A stretch of 48,417 nt of DNA from contig JAQGDQ010001303.1 in the NCBI GenBank assembly GCA_030141605.1, forward strand, positions 1-48,417, written 5' to 3'. The stretch is from Tubiluchus corallicola (lineage: Eukaryota > Animalia > Priapulida). Below are positions 12,562-32,025 of this stretch, one piece after another. The position numbers and the translations under genes were made by a program. The notes beneath the pieces are model-generated. The model did not search any database and was not told the origin of the DNA. It worked only from the letters and a program-made list of their open reading frames with translations. How positions within the stretch are numbered: the first letter of the stretch is position 1; each line of letters opens with the position of its first letter.

Positions 12562-12567
12562 AATAAA
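12562..12567 (+). promoter_or_regulatory. Candidate poly(A) signal of the CYP gene
   Basis: AATAAA about 470 nt after the stop, followed by T-rich sequence. Confidence 0.4.
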
Positions 12568-12876
12568 AGTTAAGATTATTGTAATATTTATAGTTTTATT
12601 AGCCGTGGCTTATAATTAAATTAACTTCTATTTTAATTTTGATTTTATTCATTGCAGAATTCAAATTTGCTGAAACTCTAAAATGATAAATTATGCAAGT
12701 TAAATGTACCAGTGAAGTAGTACAGTCTGCCAAGCGTTATTCATTGTTTTTTTCTGAAATATAAAAACAGTTTAAATAACCCAATTCATTTTTATTACAG
12801 CCACTTAAAAATTTATAGTTAAAAACACCACAAATTTATTAATACTTTTAATTTACATAGCTAAAAATCTCGTAAA

Positions 12877-13125
12877 ATGTTTCGACGGAGCTACTGCTGT
12901 CATCATCAGTGGTAGATTTTTATAAACATGCAACCAGTTTATGTAAGCAGAGACTACAGTACCCTAACAGCCTATGTACCGTTACGGGCCTCCTTTTAAT
13001 GTACAAAGCAGTTCAATTCCTTTAACTTAGATATTTGTTACTGTATCAATTTCTTTTCTACTGGTTTGCATATTCATTACCAATTTGGCTTCTGTTAAAT
13101 TTATAATTAGTACATAATGTTCTAT
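12877..13125. mobile_element. Second Penelope-like remnant: inverted pLTR end (minus-strand hammerhead core) abutting a direct segment
   Basis: 12877-12953 is the reverse complement of ~11078-11152; 12957-13125 matches ~10905-11070 directly. Confidence 0.75.
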
Positions 13126-14208
13126 ATTACAGGTTCTGCAGGGGCCTGCAGGCACGCAAGCTGTTTTGTTTTTTGACATCTGACTTTCGATTTGTTTAAC
13201 TGTATAAGATAGCTACATATTGTGTACCAAAACTCTCTCATTACACTACAAAAATTAAAATGATTATTTTGTTACATTTTGATGCAGTTTATAACATTTT
13301 ATTACATTTTGTCGCAGTTTATTACAACAATCAATTCACAAAGTGAATATCTCTATTCATTTAAAAAAAGTATCGCTTATATAATGGTCACGTTATATAT
13401 ATATATACAACAGTTATACATAATAAGGTGATTAAAATGATAATCAGTTACAAAATCACGATAATAATTATGATAATCAAGATGACAGTAACTGGGAAAA
13501 TGGCGAAAATGTAACGCCATTTCTGATTGGTTGGATTCAAAAGCGGGAGTTTCCCATTATTAAAAAGACGCTAACTGCGGCCGAGCCTTCATTGCTACAA
13601 GCTTACATGATAGCATAGCTGTCTGGAAACCTTGGTCTGAGTAAAGTTTTTGGGTTCGAGTCCCAGCGGATGTGTAATTTTTTTAAACTTTCTAATTTAT
13701 TATTACTTTCGTGCATTTATAGGATGAACATATCAACAAAAAATGCAATTATTATAATCAACAAGATTAGTCAGAAGCATGAATATATACAATGAAGATA
13801 AGTGAATATATATACAGTTAATATGACGAAATCCATTTCTATTAAAAATGTCAAAACAGTAATGTTCAAGCGCAAATATCATTTTTAGCGAAATTTACAG
13901 CTCGCATTCACATTTCGCATTTTTACTAATTTTTCGTACGTACATTTAATGTGCAAGATGGCGACATGTTTTGACATTTTGCTGTTCTATTTTTACTAAA
14001 TTTTGCTAAAGAAATAAAAATATTGCACGTCCACGTCATTTACTAAGAACTCGTTACAAATGTTCTAAAACAAGTATAAAGAAATAACAATCAATTGTTC
14101 ACATTATAATACTGAAGCACATTTATATTTATACTGTTATAGGCACTCTATACCCGTATGCCTTACACATGAATTTCAAATAGTTGGTCAACTACATAAA
14201 TTCAGTTT

Positions 14209-14370
14209 TAGGATCTAATTCCAGTTCCCCTCCATGACTAAAGGACGTAATTTCAGTTCCAAGTTCCTCTTCCATGACCAAAGGATCTAATTCGAGTTCC
14301 CCTCCATGACCAAAGGATGTAATTTCAGTTCCAAGTTCCCTCCATGACCAAAGGAACTAATTCAAGTTCC
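14209..14370. repeat. Short tandem repeat with alternating ~31/39-bp units (ccatgaccaaagga...agttcc)
   Basis: Visible units; ggaact/agttcc motifs continue to ~14760, probably inside an unclassified TE. Confidence 0.7.
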
Positions 14371-14957
14371 TATATACTTTCTCCAGCTTTTTAGAAAGGA
14401 AATTACTTCCCATTTCCAAGTTCCTTTGCACCAAAAGGAACTTAAATCAGTTCACGTTTATTGATTGCATTATTTTCTGTCCATTATGCACAAAATAATC
14501 CATGGTAAATGATCTAAAATAGCTGCCTCCTCTTAAATATTTCAGAAAACAACTAGCCCAATTTTGTTTTTCTTTTGAGGCGCCTAACCAAAGAACAAAC
14601 ACGTCAATGTTGCAAAAAATTACCAAAAGTTAACTCTGTGTGAAATTTGGAAAGGAACTTTTTTAGTTCCAAGTTCTCCTGTGAGCAGAGAGGTTCCTTT
14701 TGGTTATAATGAATTAGTTCCAAATACCCGAAAAGGAATTAGTTTCAGGAACGTAGTTCCATTACAAACTTGTCTACGTAAGCACCTTGATATACATTTT
14801 TATATACATATTATATACATAATATAATTTTTTAAAGCGATTTTTCTGAAACCTACTTTTAGGTATCCCCTTTCTTGTCCTTTAAAATCTATATGAATAG
14901 TTGCACAGCAGTTCAGCATAAAGCTAATAATTTAATAACCATCAAATAAAAAAACTA

Positions 14958-22617
<7,660 letters not shown>

Positions 22618-23434
22618 CTGTAAAAAAACACAAATATGAGGTTTTGTTTTATGAATTTTTGCTCAGAAATCATGGTTCCTTGTCACCGGATCATAGAACT
22701 TTAAAGGAAAACTGGACGATTGTTTAGTCTCAATCTCATTTTAAGTTACTGTCCAAAATATACATTTTCTTGCCTATAAAAGTTAACAATTGTTCCTTAT
22801 ATTTGAATAATTAGCTTAGAAAGTTAATTAACGACAACCGAACACAGCTATTGTTTACGTCAGAAACCAACTACAGTTTGTGCAATGGGAGGCGTCTTCC
22901 CTTGCGCGTCAAGCACATTTGCATAGGTGTTACAGTATTGCTTAAACGCATGACGTCACGAAAAATGGGCTTTACATCATATGACGTCATGAAACTAACA
23001 CAGCAGTTCATGATCATTATTATCACGGTACCGCCTTCTATTTGTCGGCCACGCGAATGTGACAAAAATGCGCTGCTGCCAATCTTTGTACATTCACTGA
23101 GCCGGGCGTAGCTTTGAAAGTTTAACGAAATTTTAATATCCGGGGTAATTATTATTTAATCTAAGCTTAAGCTATTGTAGTTTTCAATATTTTAGGGCAT
23201 TCTTTATTCTGAACTCGCGTTTAAACAATCATTCGGTTTTCCTTTAAAACTAGCGCATTTTGATTTCACAAACGGAGCGGTTTAGTTAGATGGTGAAAAG
23301 CTGTTAAGTGATTAAGAGCACTTCAAAAATTAGTTGCAATTCGTCAAGAAAATACAACACATCTGACTATAGTTTTACGGCTTTTTTATTTATTTTATTT
23401 TGTTTTTATTCATTAATAAAATATACTTTTGAAT

Positions 23435-23693
23435 TAAACACCAGTTATTGAGCAATCATACTTTGCATAACTAATAGGATGATGCGCATTAATAATTGTT
23501 TCTCTGTGGGCTTTGTATATTTCAATTTTAAGTGTTAACTAATGAATTACATGTGTTTTTGAACTATTTATCTATGTAAGTACATTCATGATAACCAGTT
23601 GCATATCTGTTCTCAACTAAAATGTATTTCTTGCACAGTGGAAAAACTCCGATCAGTAATATTACTGAATGTCAATCCACTTAAAATAAAATA
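23435..23693 (+). mobile_element. LINE 3'UTR fragment, copy of ~19010-19284
   Basis: Visible alignment ending gtcaatccacttaaaataaa. Confidence 0.75.
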
Positions 23694-24265
23694 ACGTTTT
23701 ATAGAAATATGCAATCAGGAACCCAGCACTCTTAAAGCGCCTATGGTAATCCTTTAATTAAAAAAACATAAGATAATCATGCCTATGCAAAGTACAATAT
23801 GCCTTGTGTGTTATACAAATCACAGTCAAAAATATCTGACTAAATTGTACGTAAAAATTTATTTGCAGAGAACATAGACGTAATGACGTAAATCGATTAA
23901 AATTATAACCGTGATTATAATGTCGTAATTCAACATTCGACAACAAAACTGTATAATTGCTCGAGTTTATAATTCGTGAATAAAGGAAACTGGTTATATA
24001 TCAAGTCTAGAAAGATTTGCAAATAATTTGTAAATGTTTTCATATTTATAAGAAGAGTAATAATGATGTTGCGGTTGATGATAATGAACGTTGTCTTGTA
24101 GTTGTCTTCTTAGCGTGATGAAGTATAAAACACAAAAGTCTTGTTTAGTATATGTGATCGTATAGTATATTGAACATAAAGTACACTGATGAACATCCAC
24201 AATAAGTCCAAGAGGGTAGAGCAAAGCCTAGTGCAGAATCTACAGCAAAGCACTTGAACCCACAA

Positions 24266-24304
24266 ACTGACTGACTTCCAGCTGGTACTGCTGGTCCTTA
24301 TATA
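24266..24304 (-). promoter_or_regulatory. Candidate TATA + initiator core promoter, possibly of the pentraxin-like gene
   Basis: TATATAAG (24304-24297), with the A of TCAGT 32 nt downstream of the first T. Confidence 0.45.
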
Positions 24305-24782
24305 CCCGCAATTCTGTGGCTAAATTTAGCTAACTTATGTCACACATCTAAAAATGTCTATCCTAAGCAACACCTAGCAACGAGCCTCTGCTGCCATGTC
24401 ACCATGGAGGTGGGCACTACTTCTAAGTTACTGTTGATTTGCGTTTAGGCGCAGTAACACCAGACACATTGTAATACGCAGAAATACATCTGACTAGCTA
24501 GAATTAGCAGCTTCTAGCTTACTTCCGGTGGTAAGGTCAGTGACTCCTAACTCTTAAGTATTATAAATTATTCGTTACAAAGCGGCGTACGTTCGCAAGA
24601 CACAGATGCAAACTGGCAAGCAAACTACGCAGAGCGTTTACATAAGTATGAACAAATTTACAAGTCAACAATATTGATATGCTTGCTCTATTACTTAATT
24701 ATAGAGTATCGTTATCGTTATCAGTATCGTATCGTTATTAAAAATGTACATGTAATTTTGTTGGTCGCAATGACAATAAAAA

Positions 24783-24890
<108 letters not shown>

Positions 24891-25807
24891 AGAATGCATT
24901 TAATTTCATTACCGGCTATATATCCTAAACTAAACGCTATTTATAAAATAGCTTAACTAGCTTGCTTACCAAAAGCATCGCTACAAGCCATGGCAAGGCA
25001 GCCATTTCCAACACCAAGTGCAGCTTTCTACGGACAGAAAGCAAGAGAAAATGACAAAATGTGACTACTTCACGTGACGAACACGAAGTGACTCATTTCT
25101 CAATCACGAGTTTATATAGGGTTTCAATTACGTAACGCTGGGCCTAGAAAGCGTGACCCACAACACGTGCAACGTATTGACCAGTTCCACCCATAAGCCG
25201 GCCCATAAACAGTTTTTTCTTTAGGCTATTCTAGGCAGAAAAATTATTGCTTTTCTTCGAACGCATGTATCAAGTAGAGCTATGCAATGGTTTGTTATCG
25301 TGACCCCACTAAACACCCGGTAACTCAGAAATTCTGAGATATTTTTCGGCAGTAAAAGCTACATTTTTGGTAACCAATAAGACACGTACAGGGTAGAGTT
25401 CTAAAATTCTTAATAAAAAAGAATTGAAATTTTGCAAGTATAGGTGATTGAATTTTACCTCATTACGATGTCGTAATGAAGAAGTCCTAGAGAATGGACT
25501 TTTTTTCACCAGCAAAACTCTATTACACAAGAACATCCTGCACGTTTTATAAAATACCCTCAATATAACAAACTTTGAAACACTGTTATTAACAAAATCA
25601 ACCATTTCATTGTGCGCTAGCAGTAATTTTTTTCCTGCTAGTGTGAAGTGGAAATGTTGATTTTCTTGATAAAAATGTTATCAAATTTGTTATATTGTGG
25701 ATTATTTATCAAACGTCTAGAATGCTCTTGTGCAGTGGAACTATGCTGATCAAATTCTACATTCTATAGGACGTCTGCATTATGACATCACAATGACGGA
25801 GAATAAG

Positions 25808-26152
25808 GTCCCTGTCAGCATTTAAAACAAAACTAAAATCATTAATATTATCCAAATATGAAATACCATCACACCAGTACGACAACATACACACCAATTC
25901 ATAATTTCTATTTCCAGGCCATATTAATTGGATAAATCACAATTCCTAATTTTTGTAAGTAGTTGCAAATATGCTTATTCGTCATTAAATTTTGTTTCTT
26001 CTTTTTTTCGGGTTATTGCGCAGTAGTTTAGATTGCACTGAAGCGCATTGCCTTCAGCAATTTAAGTTTTTATTAACTAACACTGATCGATCACCTTGGT
26101 AAAGCCTTTTTTCAGTGATTATCAATGTATTTTAATGGCAAAAAAGATTATA
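25808..26152 (+). mobile_element. L2/CR1 3' end, same family as 15412-15765
   Basis: Shares gaaataccatcacaccagtacgac and the 3'UTR. Confidence 0.8.
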
Positions 26153-26849
26153 TATAATCTGCTATATGACATAACAGTATATATATATATATGCAGTGTT
26201 TGCTGCATTAACTGCCGTGTTTACCTGCCGTCTTGAGGGAATATTTCTTTTATTTTGTTTCTGTTTGATTAATGTCCACAATAGAACGTAAATGACCATT
26301 GGCCGTAATGGTCTAACTGTTGTTCATTCTGAAACATCCTGTGATTCTCTGTTCAGTTTTTTTTTTTGGAATTTTAACCTGGAAAATATTTTCTTGTTTG
26401 TTTGTTCCTTCGGCTGCCCACTTGTTTATTTGTATGTTTATTTTTAGCTAGATATATATTCAACTATTACAAGTGTACTCGTCTTTACGGGATGGAAAAC
26501 CGATAGCTGGGTACCCAGCAAGTTCAACCATAAAAACCCTTAAGACATAGTGTGCTTAACTTTAATAATTTTGCCTTTTTACCAGTCTCGTGACTGGTCG
26601 ATTCAAATTCAGCGCATTCTACGATTCTAAATTCACGTGCACGTACACACAATTCAATTCATATTTTTATTTCAGACTTAAAATCCATAGAAAAAACATA
26701 TAAGCTAAATAAAATATATAAAGGACATTAAGACTACACATTAAAACATGAGACTAAGTTACTGAAGTTACAATGAAACAGAGCACACAACTACAAAAAA
26801 CACACAAGAGGACGTGCTATTTACATAAAAATATACAAGACGTAATTAA

Positions 26850-27390
26850 TACGAAATCAATTTACTCCAATAATGACTGTTTTTGTTTGAATGCTGAGAT
26901 ACATAATTACGGCACACGTTATAGACTTAACTATCACTACATACAGTGCAACACTAATGTTAGAAAAATTTCTATTAAATACAATGGCCCTTACATATGG
27001 AATTCAGTTTGCTCCAGCTATTAAAAATGCCAACTCGCTCTCCATATTTAAAAAAAGTTATAAATTAAACTTACTTGAAACATATAACTGATCACTCAAT
27101 CATGATTTGTTGTTTTTCATTTTCAAAAACTTCCCCTCCAGTATAATAATATGTTTATTACTTCCCACCCGTATTTATATTTGTATATATTGTAATACTG
27201 TATATATTGTAATTTTTTCGTAACTAATTCTAGTGGCCTACCATAAGCTAGCTTCTTAGGTCTCTAGCGCAGAATTAATGAATTGTATCATATGTTTGTA
27301 TTAACAAAAACTGATTATCGATGCACATGTAATGTATATGTATATGTTTATTGCGAAATATATCTAGTAAATCATTATAATCATTATTAT
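26850..27390 (+). mobile_element. Degenerate L2/CR1 ORF2 C-terminus and 3'UTR
   Basis: IHNYGTR...SIKYNGPYIWNS and SLSIFKKSYK. Confidence 0.7.
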
Positions 27391-27507
27391 TTCCTGCACT
27401 AAGAACCCATTACAACGACTCAGCAATTTACGCCACTTTTTAAAAAATGTGATTTATAAATATCCGGTCACTCATGTTAAAAACAATGGACTTTGAATGT
27501 CAGTTAA

Positions 27508-27960
27508 CCCTTTCATACCCGTTGTATCCCATGGGATACGAGAATATTTTCTGCCTTTAAAATTAATAAAATTTTAAAACTGAGAGTTATTTGACCTGTT
27601 AATAGTTATTTTGATTTAAGCCAATAACAACAGACTAAAAATAGTGATAAAATGGCAAACTAAAAATCTACATAGCACAAAAAACTGTGCAAGGTACAGT
27701 ACTTTAGAGACGACTTTGTGCAGATCAGCATAGCGTGCATACTAAATGTGTTAAATACTTTAAAAAATTATCAGCATTTGCTTTTTATCATGTTTAGCAA
27801 CCATTGAAACCCAATGTATCCCGTGGGATACAGGCTATATTTAGCACACGGGCACAGGTAGAAAAAAAATAATTATGTGTAAACAAGATGGACATACTGA
27901 ACAAAAGTACCAAGCCAAAAAAATTTTTCTTATTAAAAAAATAATTTGGGACTAAAAGGG
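27508..27960 (+). mobile_element. piggyBac-like MITE, second copy
   Basis: TTAA-CCCTTTCA ... AAAAGGG-ttag; aligns with 20033-20471. Confidence 0.8.
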
Positions 27961-28623
27961 TTAGTAAACACACACATACAAAGATTGCTTAAAATAATGT
28001 AAATAATTGCGTGAGCTATAGTTTGAGCCAAAATAAAAGTAAAATTACTATTCAACTTACAGACACACGCCAGAACTGCACGCACAAATTTTCTTAATTC
28101 TGCCGATTGCTTTAACCTAGTACTCTATATTGCCATTAAAGCACTTTCTTCGCTTTAGTTAATTTATAAAGTATCCATATACCAAAAGTGAAAAGTACGA
28201 TTCGTATCCATATCTAATTTAATAGAGATATAAAGTTTCTTTATCAGCGATTAAGACGTGAGTAAGTTTATAAATGACCATTTTGATTTGGTAGCGAAAG
28301 TTGGTTAATATCATTCTGCAAACGTGTGGATAATGTCGATTAACGTGCGAAAGTTGTATAATAGGGTCACAAAGTTCAAATTGTATAAATAATTGTAGAC
28401 GCGTAACGTTTATTAAGATCAAATTAGCACTAGGTGTAACGTGTTTGTAAAAGTGTCAAAAGGTTGGTGTAAATAAACTTGTAGAATTTGTAGAGTAATA
28501 GATCAGTTAACTGGTGTGCCTTTTTAACTACAGCAATTGATTTAGCAACTGTTTCGAAAAAAATTATTTACGGTAATATTTGCCGATGACACTAGTTTCA
28601 TCTTATCTGATAAAAATGTTTAT

Positions 28624-29030
28624 TATATATATATATATATATATATAATATAATAATCTTTATTTGCCATTAAAAACATTGATAAACACTGATGAAAACT
28701 TTACAGAGATAATCAATCAGTGTTAGTTAATAAAAACTTACACTGCTGAAGGCAAATGCGTCAGTGCAATCTAAACTACTGTGCAGTAATGGAAAGTAAC
28801 GACGAATAAAATCAAACATATTTACAACCATACACAAAAAAATAAAAAAAACTATGATTTAATTAATATGGCCGTGGATATATGAATTCTGAATTAGTGT
28901 GTGTGTTGTCGTACTGGTGTGATGGTATTTCATATCTGGTTAATATTAGTGATTTTAATTTTGTTTTAAATGCTGATAGGGACTTGATTTGTTTAACTGT
29001 AATGGTAGAGAATTCCAAAGTAAAATTGCT
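28624..29030 (-). mobile_element. Nested antisense L2/CR1 3' end (family of 15412-15765)
   Basis: Minus strand reads LWNSLP...SLSAFKTKLK...FIYPRPY*, with a (TA)n tail. Confidence 0.85.
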
Positions 29031-29637
29031 TGTTATTATTCTCTCTGTGAAATCGTAAATCAGGAACTAATGTTACTATCGAATTGGTTTAAGGCTAATA
29101 AATTCAGTTTAAATGTAAGGAAGACTAATTTTATAATTTTTACTGCTAAAAGAAACGTTATCTTAGAGAGAACTGTCAGATTCAAATCGATGGTGCTTTT
29201 ATCGGTCATGTTAAAGAAGACAAATTTTTAGCTATTATTTTGGATGAGATTTTATCATGGAAAAAACATATCAACCACATTTGCTCAAAACTTAGTAAAG
29301 TAGTTGGAATCTTCAAAAAAATGTTAGAAAATTTTAGATTTGTCTACTTATAAACAGCTGTAATATATGTTTGCATATCCTTACTTTGATTATTGCAGTA
29401 TAGTATGGGGTAATACGTATGCAGATACCTTAGAAAGATTAGTAAAAGTTCAAAAAAACTCATCCGTTTAATGACCCACTCGCATTACAGAGCTCATACC
29501 GACAATCTTATCAAAAATTTGAAAATACTGATAATGCCCAAGGTAGTCGATATGCAAACTAACCTGTTCATGAACAAATATGTTAATAATCTTTCGCTTA
29601 ATATGTATCACCATTTTCCAGTTATAATAGCAGCATG

Positions 29638-30034
29638 CAGGGCCTATTTCAAGGGGGGGGGGGGAGTGGGGATACTTCCCCGGGGCCTCACCCTCCAGGG
29701 GGCCTCGCGCCAAGGTAACATTTTTTTTTGCTTTATGCGAACTTACTGCCTCCTCTCTCCCTCTTTCTCTCTTGCCGCACGCTCGCCGTTTGCCAGTATT
29801 GACAAGTATTAAGGACTGGTCTTGAGAATAAAGCAGTTTTTCTTTCAATTGTTCTTTCCTTTCTTTAACAACTGTATATCTCCATATTTTCTCTTCGAAA
29901 ATGCTTCTCCGGCGTTCTAGCAGTTCAAAAATTTTCTGGGCGTCAACCATGGTAGCGCCCACCCCCGGCGCTTCACCCCATCCTCCGAGGGGACCCCACC
30001 TCCCCGGGCGTCGCTTAGGCTGAAATAGACCCTG
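29638..30034. mobile_element. hAT-superfamily MITE, 397 bp
   Basis: TIRs CAGGGCCTATTTCA / TGAAATAGACCCTG (13/14 match); 8-bp TSD gcagcatg (29630) / gcagtatg (30035). Confidence 0.9.
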
Positions 30035-30758
30035 GCAGTATGTATTCATATCAAACTCGACAATACCACAAATTCCATATTCCTAAGTACAGAATAAACG
30101 TTATGAAACATTCTGTCATGCATAATGGTGCTGTAATGTGGAATAATTTACCCAGTAAATTAAAACAAACCAGTAATATAAATAAATTTAAGAAACTTTT
30201 AAAAAACATTTACTAGAAAATATGTGATTGATAAATGATGTAAGATCTGAATTTTTTACCATAATTATGCAATTTTATCGTACTAATCAAGTTTTAATCT
30301 TTTTACCGACACTTTTAATTTATTTGCACCTACTTGTGCGTTTATATTGTACTAACCATATACTATGTATTTTCTACTTTTAGCAGAAATTTCACTTTCT
30401 GTACATTGTCGATATGTTTTACGATGTTTTTAATGGACATACAAGTCTCTTAACTTCAGTTCATAGATGTATTATAAATAAATAAATAAATAATAAAAAT
30501 AAATAAATAACTCAAGTCGTAAAAATTTCAACTTCTCTTAGTTCCACTTGGATTATTAAATTGTTTGGGAAATAAATTATGATACGTTTTATACGTGCAC
30601 ACTACTAACTTCTGAAGGGCGGTTACAAGCATGCTATGTTACCAATCTGAAAATTCACTAGCCGAAATGTCAAAGTTATCCTTTTTACAGTAAATTTAAA
30701 ACTGCTTTTAAATTTGAGTCTTATTTGGTAAATGCAAAAAATGTTAAAGATCGAATTG

Positions 30759-31226
30759 CATTGACTAAGCTTAGAACAAGCGTTCACTCACTGCCTATAG
30801 AAACTGGGCGGTATATAAGACCTCGTATTCCTAGAGAGGAGCGTCTATGTGTCAAGTGTACATTGACTAAGCTTAGAACAAGCGTCCACTCACTGCCTAT
30901 TAAAACTGGGCGGTATATAAGACCTCCTATTCCTCGAGAGGAGCGTCTATGTGTCAAGTGTACATTGACTAAGCTTAGAACAAGTGCTCACTCACTGCCT
31001 TTTGAAACTGGGGTATATAAGACCTCCTATTTCTCGAGAGGAGCGTCTATGTGTCAAGTGTACATTTACTAAGCTTAGAACAAGCTTCTCACTCACTGCC
31101 TTTTGAAACTGGGCGGTATATAAGACCTCCTATTCCTAGAGAGGAGCGTCTATGTGTCAAGTGTACATTGACTAAGCTTAGAACAAGCGCTCACTCACTG
31201 CTTATAGAAACTGGGCGGTATATAAG
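30759..31226 (+). repeat. ~4.6 tandem copies of a 102-bp unit derived from a non-LTR ORF2 C-terminus
   Basis: Units start at 30759, 30861, 30963, 31063 and 31166; each encodes LTKLRTSxHSLPIETGRYIRPxIPREERLCVKC. Confidence 0.9.
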
Positions 31227-31339
31227 GCACTTTTCTTTTGTTGCGTTGATTCAGTTTTTTTTTGCTCAAACAATTATAAAATTTCAATCTCGGATAATTA
31301 CGAACTTATTGGACATTTCTAATAACCTGACAATGCATA

Positions 31340-31435
31340 ACGTGTAGGGTATATGCCCTCGCGTTGGCAGCCCCTAGTTTCGAACTCAAGACTGCATGAG
31401 TGGTAGCGGTCTGAAATCTAAACCACTCAGCTACA
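31340..31435 (-). mobile_element. Possible tRNA-derived SINE head
   Basis: Minus strand has A-box-like tagctgagtgg and B-box-like gagttcgaaac; no full cloverleaf. Confidence 0.4.
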
Positions 31436-31931
31436 CAACCCAGGACGTGTTCGTTTACGCAGGGATCACGTAGGCAATGTTAGTACAACTGACAGCAACT
31501 GACTGTGTTCATTTAATTAGCAGTGAGCCTCGTGTTTCGCTTCAACGAGTGGCATCATCCTTTTGCATCATCTTGACAGGTAAATTATAATTGTCCTCAG
31601 ATGCTCCTTATCACCTGCGCTTTCATATCTTATCATTAATTATTTTGTCAAGGTGTCACGGTGATGAAACCTTAATTATTAACATTAATACTGCTTATCA
31701 GAAGTTTATCATCTATTGTGCTCTGAATACGATGATGAAGCCTTAATTATTAACATTGATACTCCTTAGAACTTTATCATCTACTGTGCTCTGAATACGA
31801 TTGACTAGTTACTTCATTATTGCAGCTTCCTGATAAGATTACTTTTTCTTCTCAAGATGTTCAAAATCGGCTGTAAAGCTCATCTGAGTTGCCTGGGGAT
31901 GCTGCGTGCATTCGGCGATTGCGCATGGGGA

Positions 31932-31965
31932 TATAAAGTGTGAAAAGGGGAAGCACGTCTCATTC
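31932..31965 (+). promoter_or_regulatory. TATA box + initiator of the GPCR gene
   Basis: TATAAAG at 31932; TCATTC with A at 31962 (30 nt later), 64 nt before the ATG. Confidence 0.6.
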
Positions 31966-32025
31966 TCCGTCGGCATTTCTTCGACCAACGTTGTCTTCAA
32001 ACGGTTCTGTTTCAATTGCTAAATC

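Larger units (their letters stand above)
28575..30510 (+). mobile_element. Truncated L2/CR1 LINE (RT to 3' tail) carrying two nested insertions
   Basis: FADDT at ~28580; NWFKANKFSLN; YCSIVWG; GAVMWNNLP; (AAAT)n tail. Confidence 0.85.

Noticed and set aside
13605-13685. tRNA gene (B-box ggttcgagtccc); similar motif at ~12200
   Set aside because: No cloverleaf; at most decayed SINE heads.
29468-30049. 193-aa minus-strand ORF
   Set aside because: Runs through a GC-rich MITE and antisense LINE; no domain motifs.
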